From the NCBI GenBank assembly GCA_004379165.1, contig NKXK01000031.1, forward strand, positions 215 to 64,214: a stretch of DNA of 64,000 bases. Direction: 5' to 3'. How positions within the stretch are numbered: the first letter of the stretch is position 1; each line of letters starts with the position of its first letter. The DNA comes from Rhodocyclaceae bacterium (GTDB lineage Bacteria > Pseudomonadota > Gammaproteobacteria > Burkholderiales > Rhodocyclaceae). Positions 22,266 to 34,489 of the stretch are shown piece after piece. Below the pieces are notes generated by a model, which saw only the letters and a list, made by a program, of their open reading frames with translations, ran no database searches and was not told the origin of the DNA. The position numbers were made by a program, and so were the translations under genes.

Positions 22266-22852
22266 AGCAGAGAAAGCTGTTTCGCTACCGGCGCGAAACT
22301 GCGGCGATGGACCGGCGAGGCGCCGTGGGCTTCGAGGGCGGAAAAATGGGCGGCTGTCGGGTAACCCATGTGGCGATCGAAGCCGTATTGTGGGTAAACG
22401 GCATGCAACGCCAGCATGCCGGCATCACGCACGGTCTTGGCCAGGATGGAGGCGGCGGCAATCGAGGCAATCTTGCCATCGCCCTTGACCACGGCCTCGA
22501 CGGGTATCGGCAGTTTTGGACAGCGATTTCCATCGACCATCACCCGCTCCGGCACCACGCTCAGTGCAGCGACCGCCCGCTGCATGGCAAGAAAGGTGGC
22601 ATGCAGGATATTGAGCTGGTCGATTTCCTCGACAGTGGCTTCAGCAACTGCCCAGGCTAATGCCTTTGCGCGGATTTCGCCGGCCAGCGCCTCACGCCGC
22701 TTTTCGGAGAGCTTCTTGGAGTCGTTCAGGCCGGCGATCGGCCGTGCCGGGTCGAGAATCACCGCGGCCGCCACCACCGGCCCCGCCAGCGGGCCACGCC
22801 CGGCCTCGTCGATCCCGCAGGCGAGGCCTTCCGGCACAATCAGTTCAAGCAT
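22262..22852 (-). CDS. rnhB: Ribonuclease HII
   Basis: 196 aa from the ATG at 22852 ([54 protein letters not shown]). The ORF-track start at 23089 over-extends into lpxB. Confidence 0.93.
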   Translation of the reverse strand: MLELIVPEGLACGIDEAGRGPLAGPVVAAAVILDPARPIAGLNDSKKLSEKRREALAGEIRAKALAWAVAEATVEEIDQLNILHATFLAMQRAVAALSVVPERVMVDGNRCPKLPIPVEAVVKGDGKIASIAAASILAKTVRDAGMLALHAVYPQYGFDRHMGYPTAAHFSALEAHGASPVHRRSFAPVAKQLSLL

Positions 22853-23988
22853 TCGATGACGGCGCGCGCCGCCTTGTCGGCGTTGTTCTGTCGCAGACGA
22901 TGGTGGATTTCGGTAAAGGTCTCGGCGACAGCCGCGGCATTTTCCTTGTCTTCGTAGAGCTTGACGAGGGCCTCGGCGAGTTTGTCGGGCGTGGCATCGT
23001 TCTGCAGCAGTTCCGGCACGACAAAACGACCCGCCAAGACATTCGGGAGGCCGACATAGGGCAGATAGGCCAGCCGCTTCATGATCCACCAGCTGAACTT
23101 GGCCAGCCGGTAGGTGATGACCATCGGCCGCTTGATCAGGGCCGCTTCGAGCGTGGCGGTACCACTGGCTACGAGCGACACGTCGGCAGCACCCAGCGCA
23201 TCCTGCGCATGACCAAAGAGCAGCCGGAACGGTACCTCGCCGGCCTGCTGCTCATAGATCGCCATTTCAAACTGCAGTCGGGTTTCCCGCGTCGCCAGCG
23301 GAACCACGAACTGCGCATCGGGCAGATAGCGCTCACGGATGAGCTTCGCTGTCTGGACGTAGGTATCGGCCAGCATGGCCAATTCGCCACGACGGCTCCC
23401 GGGCAGCATGCCGAAAATGGGTACGTTGCGGGGCAGCGCCAGCTTCTCGCGAACAACCTCCTTGCGCGTTTCCAGCGGAATCAAGTCGGCCATCGGGTGA
23501 CCGACATAGCTGACGGGGATCCCGGCCTTCTCGTACAACGGCGGCTCCATCGGGAAAAGTGCCAGCACGCGATTCACTGCCCGAGCGATTTTCTTGATCC
23601 GCCTGCCGCGCCAGGCCCAGATCGATGGACTGACGTAGTGGATGGTGCGGATACCGGACGCCTTGAGATCGGCCTCCAGACCAAGATTGAAATCCGGGGC
23701 GTCGACACCGATGAAGAGGTCCGGCTTGAGATCAAGCAGGCGCTTTTTCAATCGCCGACGGATGCCGGAGATTTCGCGGTAATGTTTCAGGGCATCCCAA
23801 TAGCCCATGACCGACAGCTTTTCCATCGGCCACCAGCTGTCGAGCCCCTGCGCCTGCATTTTCGGACCACCAATGCCATAGAACACGACATCGGGCAGCT
23901 GTTTTTTCAGCGCCTCGATCAGGTGACTGGCCAGCAGGTCGCCGGAGGCTTCCCCGGCCACCACGGCAATACGAAAGGCACGCCCCAT
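22840..23988 (-). CDS. lpxB: Lipid-A-disaccharide synthase
   Basis: 382 aa from the ATG at 23988 ([50 protein letters not shown]). Confidence 0.93.
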   Translation of the reverse strand: MGRAFRIAVVAGEASGDLLASHLIEALKKQLPDVVFYGIGGPKMQAQGLDSWWPMEKLSVMGYWDALKHYREISGIRRRLKKRLLDLKPDLFIGVDAPDFNLGLEADLKASGIRTIHYVSPSIWAWRGRRIKKIARAVNRVLALFPMEPPLYEKAGIPVSYVGHPMADLIPLETRKEVVREKLALPRNVPIFGMLPGSRRGELAMLADTYVQTAKLIRERYLPDAQFVVPLATRETRLQFEMAIYEQQAGEVPFRLLFGHAQDALGAADVSLVASGTATLEAALIKRPMVITYRLAKFSWWIMKRLAYLPYVGLPNVLAGRFVVPELLQNDATPDKLAEALVKLYEDKENAAAVAETFTEIHHRLRQNNADKAARAVIECLN

Positions 23989-23989
23989 A

Positions 23990-24760
23990 TCAGCGGATGA
24001 TGCCCCGCTTGGAGACCTCGAGGAAATCGACGAAGCGCTGAACGTCCGGCTGGCTCTTCGCATCCTCTGCCAGCTTGCTCTTGGCCTCATCAAGCAGCAG
24101 GCCGGACTTGTATAAGGTACGGTAGGCGCGTTTCAGTGAGGTAATCGAATCCGCCGTAAAACCCCGGCGCTTCAAGCCTTCTACGTTGAGGCCATAGGGC
24201 TGCGCGGTGTTCCCGGCCGCCATCAGGTATGGCGGCACGTCCTGCAGGATCACCGTGCTGACCGCGGTCATCACATGGGCGCCGATACGGCAGAACTGAT
24301 GGACCCCGGTAAACCCCCCCAGGATCGCCCAATCATCGACCGTAACGTGACCAGCCAGCGAGGCATTATTGGCAAAGGTGCATTTGTTGCCAACCTGACA
24401 GTCGTGGGCGATGTGCACGTAAGCCATGATCCAGTTATCGTCGCCGACACGGGTGACGCCGGCATCCTGCGCTGTCCCGAGGTTGAACGTACAAAATTCG
24501 CGGATGGTGTTGCGATCGCCGATCTCCAGTCGCGTCGGCTCGCCGGCATATTTTTTGTCCTGCGGTACTTCTCCCAGCGAGCAGAACTGGAAAATCCGGT
24601 TGTCGCGCCCGATACGGGTATGACCACGGATCACGCAATGCGGACCAATGACCGTGTTGTCACCGATCTCGACATGAGGACCAATGAGGGTGTAGGGGCC
24701 GATCTCGACATTGGCACCGATCTTGGCGCCCGGATCGACGATGGCAGTCGGATGAATCAT
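23990..24760 (-). CDS. lpxA: Acyl-ACP--UDP-N-acetylglucosamine O-acyltransferase
   Basis: 256 aa from the ATG at 24760 ([27 protein letters not shown]..), with hexapeptide repeats and the typical C-terminal helical domain. Confidence 0.95.
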   Translation of the reverse strand: MIHPTAIVDPGAKIGANVEIGPYTLIGPHVEIGDNTVIGPHCVIRGHTRIGRDNRIFQFCSLGEVPQDKKYAGEPTRLEIGDRNTIREFCTFNLGTAQDAGVTRVGDDNWIMAYVHIAHDCQVGNKCTFANNASLAGHVTVDDWAILGGFTGVHQFCRIGAHVMTAVSTVILQDVPPYLMAAGNTAQPYGLNVEGLKRRGFTADSITSLKRAYRTLYKSGLLLDEAKSKLAEDAKSQPDVQRFVDFLEVSKRGIIR

Positions 24761-24761
24761 G

Positions 24762-25196
24762 TTACAGATCCCGCTTGGCACACATCAGCCGGGCTTCAGC
24801 CGCCAGCTGGCCATCGACACGTGCTTCGCCCTTGAACTTCCATACACCGCGCATCTGGCGTTCGATCTCGACATGCAGGTTCAATTGATCGCCGGGCATG
24901 ATCGGACGCTTGAAACGTGCATCGTCAATACCGGCAAAGTAGAACACATCGTTCTGCGTCGGCTTCTTGCCCTCTGTCTTGAAGGACAGGATACCGGCAG
25001 CCTGGGCCAGTGCTTCCATGATCAACACGCCGGGCATCACCGGGTGATGTGGGAAGTGACCAACGAAGAAGGGTTCGTTGATGGTGACGTTCTTGTAGGC
25101 ATGAATCGACTTGCCCGGTTCGATGGCGACGACGCGATCGATCAACAGGAAAGGATAGCGATGCGGCAAGTACTCGAGAATTTCATGAATATCCAT
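24762..25196 (-). CDS. fabZ: 3-hydroxyacyl-ACP dehydratase FabZ
   Basis: 144 aa: [39 protein letters not shown]. Confidence 0.95.
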   Translation of the reverse strand: MDIHEILEYLPHRYPFLLIDRVVAIEPGKSIHAYKNVTINEPFFVGHFPHHPVMPGVLIMEALAQAAGILSFKTEGKKPTQNDVFYFAGIDDARFKRPIMPGDQLNLHVEIERQMRGVWKFKGEARVDGQLAAEARLMCAKRDL

Positions 25197-25200
25197 TTAA

Positions 25201-26244
25201 TCAACCCCTTGTTTCTATTTCTTTAAGTTTTTTCTCAAGCTCTGAAATCTTGTCGGCCATCTTCGACAGGCGACGGATATGGGACGCATTGCGTATCCAG
25301 TCCTCGTGCTCGCCCAGAGGAAACACGCTGGTATAGACCCCCGACTTACGGATGCTCTTGATCACCGTCGTACCACCGGAAATCATCGTATCCGGCGCCA
25401 ATTCAATATGCCCGGAGATCAGAGAGCCACCACCGACGATGCAATGCTCACCCAGCGTCGTGCTACCGGCAATGCCCACGCAGCCCGCCAACACGGTTCT
25501 CGCCCCGATCTTGCAGTTATGGGCGATATGCACCTGGTTATCCAGCTTGCAACCATCGCCAATCACCGTATCCTCAAGCGCGCCGCGGTCGACCGCACAA
25601 TTCGCCCCAAATTCGACGTCGTCACCAACAATCACGCGCCCGATTTGCGGAATCTTGATCCAGTCCTTGCCATCCGGCGCAAAACCAAAGCCATCCGAAC
25701 CGATGACCGTTCCGGCATGAATGATTGCCCGCTTGCCGACGCGGCAATCGTGATAGATGGTAACGTTCGGATGAAGGAGGCTGTCATCGCCAATCGATGC
25801 CCCATCGCCAATCACGCAACCCGCGTGCAGGACGACATTTTCACCAATCACGACGGATCCGCCGATGGTGACATGCGGGCCAATCTTGCAACTGGCCGGC
25901 ACCGGAGAGCGCAGGACGGCCGAGGCATCAATGCCGGAAAAACCGACATGAACAGGATTCAGCAAAGCCGTTACACGGGCGTAATAGGCGTAGGGGTTGG
26001 CCGTAATGATGCGCGCCCCGGAAAAACCGTCAGCGGCTGCCGGCGTCAGGATCAGCGCCGACGCGGCAGTTGTCGCCAGCGCCCCGGCAAATTTTGGATT
26101 GGAGAGGAAGGAAATATCCCCCGCCCCGGCCGTGGGCAGCGGGGCAACGCGATGGATGCGCGTTTCGCCATCTCCAAGCACATCGCCGCCCAAGCGGGCG
26201 GCGATTTCGGCAAGCGAAAGAGAAATAGCAGCCGCCCTGGGCAT
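25201..26244 (-). CDS. lpxD: UDP-3-O-(3-hydroxymyristoyl)glucosamine N-acyltransferase
   Basis: 347 aa with an N-terminal LpxD domain, a long hexapeptide-repeat LbH domain and a C-terminal coiled tail. Conserved position between skp and fabZ. Confidence 0.95.
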   Translation of the reverse strand: MPRAAAISLSLAEIAARLGGDVLGDGETRIHRVAPLPTAGAGDISFLSNPKFAGALATTAASALILTPAAADGFSGARIITANPYAYYARVTALLNPVHVGFSGIDASAVLRSPVPASCKIGPHVTIGGSVVIGENVVLHAGCVIGDGASIGDDSLLHPNVTIYHDCRVGKRAIIHAGTVIGSDGFGFAPDGKDWIKIPQIGRVIVGDDVEFGANCAVDRGALEDTVIGDGCKLDNQVHIAHNCKIGARTVLAGCVGIAGSTTLGEHCIVGGGSLISGHIELAPDTMISGGTTVIKSIRKSGVYTSVFPLGEHEDWIRNASHIRRLSKMADKISELEKKLKEIETRG

Positions 26245-26747
26245 TACTTGCCTTCAGCCAGCGCCTTGATCACGCGCTCGGTGATGTCGAGACGCGGGCT
26301 AACCCAGACCACATCCTGCAATATCAGATCGAACTTATCAGATTCGGCAATCTGCTTGATCGCACGATTGGCCTTTTCGATAACCGCCGCATTCTCTTCA
26401 TTCTGGCGCAGGTTCAGATCTTCGCGGAACTCACGCTGCTTGCGCTGGAATTCGCGGGACAGGTCGCCGAACTCCTTTTCCTTGGCACGACGCTCGCTCT
26501 CCGCCATGGTCACGGCATTCTTTTCCAGATTTTCCTGCAAGCCCTGCAATTGCTTGGCCATGCGCTGCAACTCCTGATCGCGCTTGGCAAACTCGCCTTC
26601 CAGCTTCTTGGCTGCCTTTTGGGCTGCCGGCGCATCACGGAAAATCCGCTGCGTATTGACGTAGCCAACCTTGAGTTCAGCAGCAGCCACACCAGTGACA
26701 CAAAGCGCCGACATCAGTGACGCCAGAACGAAGGACTTAACTTTCAA
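26244..26747 (-). CDS. skp: OmpH/Skp periplasmic chaperone
   Basis: 167 aa with a signal peptide, then a Lys/Glu/Gln-rich coiled region. Conserved position between bamA and lpxD. Confidence 0.85.
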   Translation of the reverse strand: MKVKSFVLASLMSALCVTGVAAAELKVGYVNTQRIFRDAPAAQKAAKKLEGEFAKRDQELQRMAKQLQGLQENLEKNAVTMAESERRAKEKEFGDLSREFQRKQREFREDLNLRQNEENAAVIEKANRAIKQIAESDKFDLILQDVVWVSPRLDITERVIKALAEGK

Positions 26748-26762
26748 CTTGAAACTCCTGAA

Positions 26763-29048
26763 TCAAAATGTGGTGCCCAACTGGAACTGGAAGGACTCTG
26801 CCTTATCGTCATCCTTTTTGTTCAATGGCATACCGAAACTGAACTTCAACGGCCCGATGGGAGAAATCCATGCTGCCGAAATACCCGTAGAATACCGCAA
26901 TTCGCTGAACTCAATACTTTGTCCGTTGCCATAAACCTGACCGGCATCGAAGAACAGACCAAGACGCGCCGTCTTTTCCATGCCTGGCAAGCCCCAAAGC
27001 AGTTCGGCATTACCAACGACACGGCGGTTACCGCCGATTCGGTACGTCTGACCAGTCGTTTGATCAACTGTAACGGGGCCCAGCGATGATGCCTTGTATC
27101 CGCGAACCGAAGTCACACCGCCCGCATAGTAATTCTTGAAGAATGGCAGATCCTTGCCACCATACCCACCGGCCTGACCATATTCTGCGTTCAACATAAG
27201 TGTAAATTTGCTGCTGAGCGGGACATACTGCTGCAGTTGGTAATTCGCGCGATAGTAGGTCAAGTCGCCACCCGGAACCGCCACCTCAACACCGGCCTTC
27301 TGGAAGGTACCCGCGGTCGGGAAGAAGAAACTGTTCTTGCCGTCGCTTACCCAATTCATGGTCAGTGGCAGAGACAAATTTGTATCGCCAAAATCGCGAA
27401 CGAAGTCTTTGTAATATTGAGGACTATCCGAATACGTCGTGATTCGGGTCGAATCGATGCCTAAACCAAGCCCGATCGACTGTTTCTCCCCAATGGGGAA
27501 ACCGAAGCGAATCGCCCCGCCGGTGGAGGCAGACGAGTAATTCGCAATCGCCAGCGATGACGTATTTACAGTCCGATGATAGACATCAAAACCCTGGCTC
27601 ACCCCATCCGGCGTGAAGTAGGGATTGGTGTAAGAGAAAACATAGGTCCGATAAGACTTCGCCGAATTGACCTGGATCGCAACGTTGTTGCCGCTGCCCA
27701 GGAAGTTATTCTGCGCGATCGAACCGGAAAGAATTATCTTGTCGGTGCTTGACGTACCCAAACCAAGCATCAGGTTCCCCGTCGGCTTTTCGGTAACGTT
27801 GAGATTGACATCAATCTGATCCGCTGTTCCTGGAACCGCCGGCGTTTCCACCGAAACATCGGTGAAGAAGCCGAGCTTGTCGATCCGCTGCTTCGACAAG
27901 GTCACCTTGTCCGCATCGTACCAGCCGCCTTCCATCTGCCGCATTTCACGACGGATGACTTCGTCGCGGGTCTTGGTATTGCCGGTCAGGTTGATCCGGC
28001 GCACGTATACCCGCTTGCCCGGATCGATGAAAATAGTGAAAGCGACCTTGCGCTTTTCCTTGTCGATTTCCGGCGCAGCGTTGACGTTGGCGAAGGCATA
28101 ACCTTCCTTGCCCAAGCGCTCACCGATGGCTTTGGTCGAATCGTTCAGTTTTTCGCGGGAAAACACATCCCCAGCCTTGACGATGACCAGCCTCTTCAAT
28201 TCCTCTTCGGTTATTGAAAAATCACCGGCCAGCTTCACCGAAGCGACCTGATAGCGCTCGCCCTCGGCAACGTTGACAGTGATGTAAACATCACGCTTGT
28301 CCGGCGAAATCGAGACCTGAGTCGAATCGACGGCAAACTCGAGGTAGCCTTGATTCATGTAGAAGGATTTCAGCTTCTCAAGGTCGCCCGAGAGCTTTTG
28401 CCGGGAATACTGGTCGTTCTTGGTGTACCAGGTCAGCAATCCGGGCGTGGTCAGTTCGAACAGCGCGAGCAGTTCCTTTTCCTTGAAGGATTTGGCGCCA
28501 ACAATATTGATCTGCTTGATCTTGGCCGCCACACCCTCTTCAATATTGAAGTTGATGCCGACGCGATTCCGCTCCAGTGGGGTTACGGTCGTGGTGATCT
28601 CCACACCATACTTGCCACGCGTCAGGTACTGGCGCTTGAGTTCCTGCTCGGCTTTTTCAAGCAGCGCCCGGTCGAAAATACGACCCTCGGCAATCCCCGT
28701 TTCCTTCAAGGCCTTGACGATTACATCTTTCTCGAACTCCTTGAGTCCGACAAAGTTCAGTGAGGAAATGGCCGGGCGCTCTTGGACGACGACGACCATC
28801 ACGTCGCCTTCGACCTCGACGCGCACATCCTTGAAGAAGCCGGTGGAAAACAATGCCTTGATCGACTGGGCTGCCTTGTCGTCATTGAGCGTGTCGCCCA
28901 CTTTGACCGGCAAGTAGCTGAACACGGTACCCGCCTCAGTCCGCTGGATGCCCTCTACACGGATATCCTTGACCGTAAAGGGAGCGAAGGCCAGCGCAGG
29001 CACAGCAAAAAGACTGGCAATCAGGACCGGCAAGAGGGTTTTCTTCAT
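26763..29048 (-). CDS. bamA: Outer membrane protein assembly factor BamA
   Basis: 761 aa with a signal peptide, POTRA repeats (FTVKDIRVEGIQRT..) and a C-terminal beta-barrel ending FQFQLGTTF. Confidence 0.95.
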   Translation of the reverse strand: MKKTLLPVLIASLFAVPALAFAPFTVKDIRVEGIQRTEAGTVFSYLPVKVGDTLNDDKAAQSIKALFSTGFFKDVRVEVEGDVMVVVVQERPAISSLNFVGLKEFEKDVIVKALKETGIAEGRIFDRALLEKAEQELKRQYLTRGKYGVEITTTVTPLERNRVGINFNIEEGVAAKIKQINIVGAKSFKEKELLALFELTTPGLLTWYTKNDQYSRQKLSGDLEKLKSFYMNQGYLEFAVDSTQVSISPDKRDVYITVNVAEGERYQVASVKLAGDFSITEEELKRLVIVKAGDVFSREKLNDSTKAIGERLGKEGYAFANVNAAPEIDKEKRKVAFTIFIDPGKRVYVRRINLTGNTKTRDEVIRREMRQMEGGWYDADKVTLSKQRIDKLGFFTDVSVETPAVPGTADQIDVNLNVTEKPTGNLMLGLGTSSTDKIILSGSIAQNNFLGSGNNVAIQVNSAKSYRTYVFSYTNPYFTPDGVSQGFDVYHRTVNTSSLAIANYSSASTGGAIRFGFPIGEKQSIGLGLGIDSTRITTYSDSPQYYKDFVRDFGDTNLSLPLTMNWVSDGKNSFFFPTAGTFQKAGVEVAVPGGDLTYYRANYQLQQYVPLSSKFTLMLNAEYGQAGGYGGKDLPFFKNYYAGGVTSVRGYKASSLGPVTVDQTTGQTYRIGGNRRVVGNAELLWGLPGMEKTARLGLFFDAGQVYGNGQSIEFSELRYSTGISAAWISPIGPLKFSFGMPLNKKDDDKAESFQFQLGTTF

Positions 29049-29051
29049 CGT

Positions 29052-30419
29052 TCAGCTGCTGAACAGGCGATTCAAGTCGTTAAAAAAGGCAAAAGCCATC
29101 AGGACAAACAAGATGGAGACGCCAATCTGCTGACTGACCTCCATGGCCCGCTCTGACAGGGGCCGACGCCTGACGACTTCGATCATATGATACATCAAAT
29201 GCCCCCCGTCCAGCACCGGGATCGGAAGCAGATTGAGGACACCGAGGCTGATACTGACCAGCGCCATGAATTTCAGGTAGTAATCCAGTCCCAGTTTGGC
29301 CGATTGCCCAGCGTAATCTGCAATAGTCACCGGTCCCGAGAGATTTTTCCAGGACACCTCGCCGGTCAACATCTTGCCCAGCATGAGCAGACTGAACACC
29401 GACTTGTCCCAGGTTTCGGCCACAGCCTTGGCCGCCGCCTCAAGTGGACCGTAGCTGACATGGGTTTTCAGTTCCCGCTTGCTTTCCGCCGACTCGGCGA
29501 CGGCCACCCCGATCTTGCCAATCATTCGTCCGCGTTCCGAAATTGGCTCGGATTCCACGTCAACCGCAAACAACTCGCCATAGCGCTCGACAAGTACATG
29601 CAATCGCCGCCCGGGCGCCTCGCGTACCTTGAGCACGAAGGCCTGCCAGTTGGCGATTTCCTCACCATCCACCGAGCGAACCCAGTCGCCAACCTGCAAG
29701 CCACTCCGAGCCGCTGGGCCACCCTCCACCAGCTTGCCAATCACCGCCGGGAAATTGGCCCGATAAAAACGCAGGCCGAGACGCTCAAGCGCATCGCCCT
29801 CCCAACCCTGATCGCCAGCTGCGGCAAGGTGAAGGTAACGAACAGCAATCTCACCCTGCTCGTTGATGACCTCCAGTGCCGTATGTTCCTGATTCACCGC
29901 TTTTTGCAAAACCAGCCAGCGCAGGTCATTCCAGGTAGCCACCACCTCGCCATCAACACGACGTACCTGCTCACCATTCTTTACTCCGGCCATGGCCGTG
30001 GGCGTATCAGCGGGCGGCGTACCGAGTACCGGCAGCAACTCTTCGCTGCCGGAGATAAATACCACCCAATACAGGAGAATTGCCAGCGCAAAATTGGCGA
30101 GCGGACCGGCAGCAACGATCAGACTACGTGCGCCGACAGACTTTCGGTTATAGGCACGGTGCTGCTCGGCGGCAGCCACTTCGCCCTCACGTTCGTCGAG
30201 CATCTTGACGTAGCCACCGAGCGGGAAAACACTGATCGCCCACTCGGTCTGGTCGCGCCCCAGCCGACGCTGCCAGATGACCCGGCCGAAGCCGACCGAG
30301 AAGCGCAACACTTTGACGCCAACCCAGCGTGCGGCGGCGTAGTGTCCGTACTCATGGACAACGATCAGGACGCCGAGCACCACCACGAAGGCGGCAAGAT
30401 AAAAAGGGAGTTCGCTCAC
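29052..30419 (-). CDS. rseP: RIP zinc metalloprotease RseP
   Basis: HEYGHY (HExxH) in the first TM, PDZ region, C-terminal [12 protein letters not shown] prefer the GTG at 30419 (GTGA overlap with the dxr stop) over the TTG at 30431. Confidence 0.92.
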   Translation of the reverse strand: MSELPFYLAAFVVVLGVLIVVHEYGHYAAARWVGVKVLRFSVGFGRVIWQRRLGRDQTEWAISVFPLGGYVKMLDEREGEVAAAEQHRAYNRKSVGARSLIVAAGPLANFALAILLYWVVFISGSEELLPVLGTPPADTPTAMAGVKNGEQVRRVDGEVVATWNDLRWLVLQKAVNQEHTALEVINEQGEIAVRYLHLAAAGDQGWEGDALERLGLRFYRANFPAVIGKLVEGGPAARSGLQVGDWVRSVDGEEIANWQAFVLKVREAPGRRLHVLVERYGELFAVDVESEPISERGRMIGKIGVAVAESAESKRELKTHVSYGPLEAAAKAVAETWDKSVFSLLMLGKMLTGEVSWKNLSGPVTIADYAGQSAKLGLDYYLKFMALVSISLGVLNLLPIPVLDGGHLMYHMIEVVRRRPLSERAMEVSQQIGVSILFVLMAFAFFNDLNRLFSS

Positions 30420-31606
30420 GCGAAAGCGCAATCCCGAATCATCGCCATGGCAAGCTGCCGAGCCTGGGCATCAGCCGCCAGCACATCAGCCAGACTGCCC
30501 TCGGCCGTCGCCGGCAAGGCTGAAAGGACAGCTTCGTTCAGGCTTGAAATCCCGAGGAACGGTAGTTCGCCATCGAGGAAAGCAGCCACGGCAACTTCAT
30601 TGGCGGCGTTGAGGATGGCTGGCGCCGTACCACCGGCATCGAGCACATCGTAGGCCAGTTGCAGGCAGCGGAAGCGTCCGAAATCCGGCGCCTCAAAATC
30701 CAGCCGGCCAATGCTGAACAGGTCCAGCGGAGCAACGCCTGCCTGAATCCGCTCCGGCCAGGCCATGGCATAGGCAATGGGCGTTCGCATGTCCGGGTTG
30801 CCCAACTGCGCCAAAACCGAACCATCGCTGTACTGAACCGCGGAATGAATGACGCTCTGCGGATGAACCACGACCTGAATCATCGATGGCGGCGCTGCGA
30901 ATAACCAGTGGGCCTCGATGACCTCCAGCCCCTTGTTCATCATCGTCGCGGAATCGACAGAAATCTTGCGCCCCATGACCCAGTTCGGATGCGCACAAGC
31001 CTGCTCTGCCGTCACCGCTGCCAGCGCCGATAAGGGTGTCTGACGGAAGGGGCCGCCAGAGGCCGTCAGCAGGATGCGCTCTACCCCACAAACTGTGAGG
31101 CCGCGCGAAAAATCTGTGGGAAGCGCCTGAAAAATGGCGTTGTGCTCGCTATCAACCGGCAACAACTGCGCACCGGACTGCTGAACGGCGTGCATGAACA
31201 GCTCGCCGGCCATGACCAGCACTTCCTTGTTGGCCAGTAGTACCCGCTTGCCGGCCTGCGCGGCGGCAAGTGTCGGCGCCAGCCCTGCCGCCCCGACAAT
31301 GGCCGCCATCACCATGGCGGCATCGCCCAGAGTCGCAGCCTGCACCAGTGCGGACTCGCCCCAGGCCACCTCGGTCGAGGAACCTGCATCCACAAGTCGT
31401 TGGCGTACGATATCCGCAGTGGCCGCATCCCCCACGACTGCCAGCAAGGGCTGGAACTCAAGGCAATCGGCGACCAGACGCTCGACCTGTCGATGCGCGG
31501 TCAGCGCAACCACCCGGTAGCGTCGTGGATGGCGGCGCACGACATCCAGCGTGGACTGGCCGATTGAGCCGGTCGCACCGAGAACGGTGATGCCCTGTGC
31601 GGTCAT
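30416..31606 (-). CDS. dxr: 1-deoxy-D-xylulose 5-phosphate reductoisomerase
   Basis: 396 aa: [54 protein letters not shown]. Confidence 0.96.
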   Translation of the reverse strand: MTAQGITVLGATGSIGQSTLDVVRRHPRRYRVVALTAHRQVERLVADCLEFQPLLAVVGDAATADIVRQRLVDAGSSTEVAWGESALVQAATLGDAAMVMAAIVGAAGLAPTLAAAQAGKRVLLANKEVLVMAGELFMHAVQQSGAQLLPVDSEHNAIFQALPTDFSRGLTVCGVERILLTASGGPFRQTPLSALAAVTAEQACAHPNWVMGRKISVDSATMMNKGLEVIEAHWLFAAPPSMIQVVVHPQSVIHSAVQYSDGSVLAQLGNPDMRTPIAYAMAWPERIQAGVAPLDLFSIGRLDFEAPDFGRFRCLQLAYDVLDAGGTAPAILNAANEVAVAAFLDGELPFLGISSLNEAVLSALPATAEGSLADVLAADAQARQLAMAMIRDCAFA

Positions 31607-32409
31607 TGCAGGAAAACCAGCAGCATGGCCATCAGTGGCAATGCCGCAGTGTGACTGTCGATACGATCCAGTACGCCACCATGCCCCGGCAGTAACTGGC
31701 TGCTGTCTTTCATGCCCGCCTGACGTTTCAGTAGCGACTCGAAGAGGTCGCCAGCAATCGAAACCAGCGTCAATAAAGGCATGACCAGCGCGATCAGGAT
31801 CAGTTTCGAAACATCAGCCCCCCCCATTGACCACTGCGCTCCCACAGCCAGCAGCGTCGTGGCCAGCATCGCGCCATACGCCCCTTCCCAGGTCTTGCCG
31901 GGACTGATGTTAGGCGCCAGCTTGCGCTTGCCGAAGGCACGGCCGGAGAAATAGGCGGCAATGTCGGCCAGGGCGACCAGCAGCAAGGCGCCGAACAGCC
32001 AGCCCGGACCGCGCTCGCGCAGGTCGATCAGTGCAAACCAGGTCGGCAGCAGGATCACGAGACCGACCAAGGCCATTTTCCAGTGGGTTTTGACTTGCCA
32101 GCGGGCACGTAACCAGAAGGGCACCAGCCCCAGCCAGAACACGATCGAACAGGCCAGAGCCACTTCCCCGGCAGAGCGGAGCTGAGCCGGTGCCAGCAAA
32201 AACACCGCCAGCACAGCGAGTCCGGTCACCAGCGCACCGAAACGCAACTGCCCCGACGGGCAGAAACCGCATAGGCGCGCGTATTCCCAGCCGGCAATGC
32301 CGGTGATCACCGCCGTCAGCACCGCCCATGACAGCGAATCGAGCAGAAAAATGGCGGGAATCAGCAGCGCCGCGATCACCAGCGCCGTGATGATGCGCGT
32401 CTTAAGCAT
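31603..32409 (-). CDS. cdsA: Phosphatidate cytidylyltransferase
   Basis: 268 aa polytopic membrane protein with the CTP-transferase signature [28 protein letters not shown]. Confidence 0.9.
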   Translation of the reverse strand: MLKTRIITALVIAALLIPAIFLLDSLSWAVLTAVITGIAGWEYARLCGFCPSGQLRFGALVTGLAVLAVFLLAPAQLRSAGEVALACSIVFWLGLVPFWLRARWQVKTHWKMALVGLVILLPTWFALIDLRERGPGWLFGALLLVALADIAAYFSGRAFGKRKLAPNISPGKTWEGAYGAMLATTLLAVGAQWSMGGADVSKLILIALVMPLLTLVSIAGDLFESLLKRQAGMKDSSQLLPGHGGVLDRIDSHTAALPLMAMLLVFLQ

Positions 32410-33163
32410 TCGCCTGACCTGTCACCTGTTCGCTGGTGCGGCCAAAGCGCCGTTCGCGTTGCTGATAGGAGGCAATCGCCTTGTCAAACTCGGCCGTATC
32501 AAAATCCGGCCACAGCGTGTCGGTGAAATACAACTCGGTGTAGGCCAGTTGCCAGAGCAGGAAGTTGCTGATCCGCTGCTCGCCGCCGGTACGAATGAAC
32601 AGATCCGGCTCCGGTGCGTAATTCATCGACAGGTAAGGATCGAGATCGCCCTCCTCAATCACCTCCTTGCCAGGAGCACGATTGGCGAGCAGGCGATTCA
32701 TGGCCTGCATGATGTCCCAGCGTCCGCCGTAGTTGGCTGCGATGGTCAGATCAAGGCGGGTATTGTCCTGCGTTGTCGCATCGGCCTCACGGATCAAGGC
32801 CTGCAAGCGTGGCTCGAAGCGGGACAGGTCACCGACAACGCGCAAGCGCACGCCATTGCGGTCGAGCTTCTCGACCTCCTGCTCCAGTGCCTTGACGAAC
32901 AATTGCATGAGCAGGGAAACCTCCTCCTGCGGTCGACGCCAATTTTCCGACGAAAACGCAAACAGGGTCAGGTACTGGATGCCACGTTCCAGGCAGGCGC
33001 GCACCATCTCGCGAACCAGCTCGACGCCTTTGACGTGCCCTGCCACGCGCGGCAGAAAGCGCTTTTTTGCCCAACGGCCATTGCCGTCCATGATCACGGC
33101 CACGTGCGAAGGCATGGCTGCCGCCGCCGGAATCTGCCGCGTCGAACTGGAAAAGAATGCCAT
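32402..33163 (-). CDS. uppS: Ditrans,polycis-undecaprenyl-diphosphate synthase
   Basis: 253 aa: [51 protein letters not shown]. Confidence 0.95.
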   Translation of the reverse strand: MAFFSSSTRQIPAAAAMPSHVAVIMDGNGRWAKKRFLPRVAGHVKGVELVREMVRACLERGIQYLTLFAFSSENWRRPQEEVSLLMQLFVKALEQEVEKLDRNGVRLRVVGDLSRFEPRLQALIREADATTQDNTRLDLTIAANYGGRWDIMQAMNRLLANRAPGKEVIEEGDLDPYLSMNYAPEPDLFIRTGGEQRISNFLLWQLAYTELYFTDTLWPDFDTAEFDKAIASYQQRERRFGRTSEQVTGQANA

Positions 33164-33188
33164 CAGGCCGGTCGTATGCCGAGCCGAC

Positions 33189-33746
33189 TCAGATCTGCAT
33201 CAGCTCGGCCTCTTTGGCAGCGAGCATCTTGTCAACTTCGGTGATGAACTTGTCGGTCAGCTTCTGGACGTCATCCTGAGCCTTGCGCTCGTCATCCTCG
33301 GGAATCTCACCCTTCTTGAGTGCATCCTTGAGGTGGGTGTTGGCATCACGACGCAGATTGCGGATCGCCACCTTGGCGCCCTCGCCTTCGTGCTTGACGA
33401 CCTTGATCATCTCCTTGCGGCGCTCTTCGGTCAGCGCCGGCATCGGCACACGGATCAGATCACCCTGCGACGCTGGATTCAGGCCGAGGTCGGAATCACG
33501 GATGGCCTTCTCGACCTTTTGCACCATGTTCTTTTCCCAGGGCTGCACACCCAGGGTACGGGCATCCACCAGCGTGATATTCGCCACCTGATTGACCGGC
33601 ACCGGGGAGCCGTAGTAATCGACCATGACGTGATCAAGCAAGCCGGTGTGGGCACGGCCGGTACGAATCTTCAGGAGGTCGTTCTTCAGCGCCTCCAGGG
33701 ATTTCTGCATCTTGTGTTCGGCGTTTTTCTTGAGTTCGGCGATCAT
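33189..33746 (-). CDS. frr: Ribosome recycling factor
   Basis: 185 aa from the ATG at 33746 ([32 protein letters not shown]..). Confidence 0.96.
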   Translation of the reverse strand: MIAELKKNAEHKMQKSLEALKNDLLKIRTGRAHTGLLDHVMVDYYGSPVPVNQVANITLVDARTLGVQPWEKNMVQKVEKAIRDSDLGLNPASQGDLIRVPMPALTEERRKEMIKVVKHEGEGAKVAIRNLRRDANTHLKDALKKGEIPEDDERKAQDDVQKLTDKFITEVDKMLAAKEAELMQI

Positions 33747-33757
33747 GTTTGTCTCCC

Positions 33758-34474
33758 TCAGCAATAGACCAGCGTACCTTCGTCTTCACCACAGACCACG
33801 CGCTTCAGCGCGCCGGCCTTGAAGATCGAGAAAACGTTGATCGGCAATTTCTGATCACGGCACAGCGCGAATGCGGTCGCGTCCATCACCGCGAGGTTCC
33901 TGGAGATCGCTTCGTTGAAGCTGATCTTGTCATAGCGCGTCGCCGACGGATCCTTCTTAGGATCAGCGGAGTAAATCCCGTCGACCTTGGTCGCTTTCAG
34001 CACGATTTCCGCGCCGATTTCCGAACCGCGCAGGGCTGCAGCGGTATCGGTGGTGAAGAAGGGGTTGCCGGTGCCGGCACCGAAGATCACGATCTTGCCT
34101 TCTTCAAGGTAGCGGATGGCCTTGCCGCGAATATACGGCTCGATCACCTGCTCGATATTCAGGGCAGACTGCACACGGGCATTCAGGCCGCATTGACGCA
34201 TCGCGTCGGACAGGGCCATGGCGTTCATTACCGTGGCCAGCATGCCCATGTAATCCGCAGTGGCGCGATCCATCCCGGTGGCCGTACCGGCCATGCCGCG
34301 GAAGATGTTGCCACCGCCAATCACGACACCGATTTCCACCCCCAGGTCAGCCACCGCCTTGATCTCCCCGCAAATCTCACCGATCACTTTCGGATTGATG
34401 CCGTAGGCGTCGGTACCCATCAGGGCCTCGCCGGAGAGTTTCAGGAGGATGCGCTTGTACTTGGGCGTGGTCAT
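33758..34474 (-). CDS. pyrH: UMP kinase
   Basis: 238 aa from the ATG at 34474 ([21 protein letters not shown]..) with a GGAAGGA SD. The ORF-track TTG start at 34489 is less likely. Confidence 0.96.
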   Translation of the reverse strand: MTTPKYKRILLKLSGEALMGTDAYGINPKVIGEICGEIKAVADLGVEIGVVIGGGNIFRGMAGTATGMDRATADYMGMLATVMNAMALSDAMRQCGLNARVQSALNIEQVIEPYIRGKAIRYLEEGKIVIFGAGTGNPFFTTDTAAALRGSEIGAEIVLKATKVDGIYSADPKKDPSATRYDKISFNEAISRNLAVMDATAFALCRDQKLPINVFSIFKAGALKRVVCGEDEGTLVYC

Positions 34475-34489
34475 CGGCGTTCCTTCCAA

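Noticed and set aside
26244-29048. Visibly more AT-rich stretch (skp-bamA) compared with its flanks. I considered whether it marks foreign DNA.
   Set aside because: The genes sit in the universally conserved lpxD-skp-bamA-rseP synteny with overlapping or abutting boundaries. Lower GC in outer-membrane and chaperone genes (Lys/Asn/Tyr/Phe-rich proteins) is expected. I did not compute GC, so this is only a visual impression.
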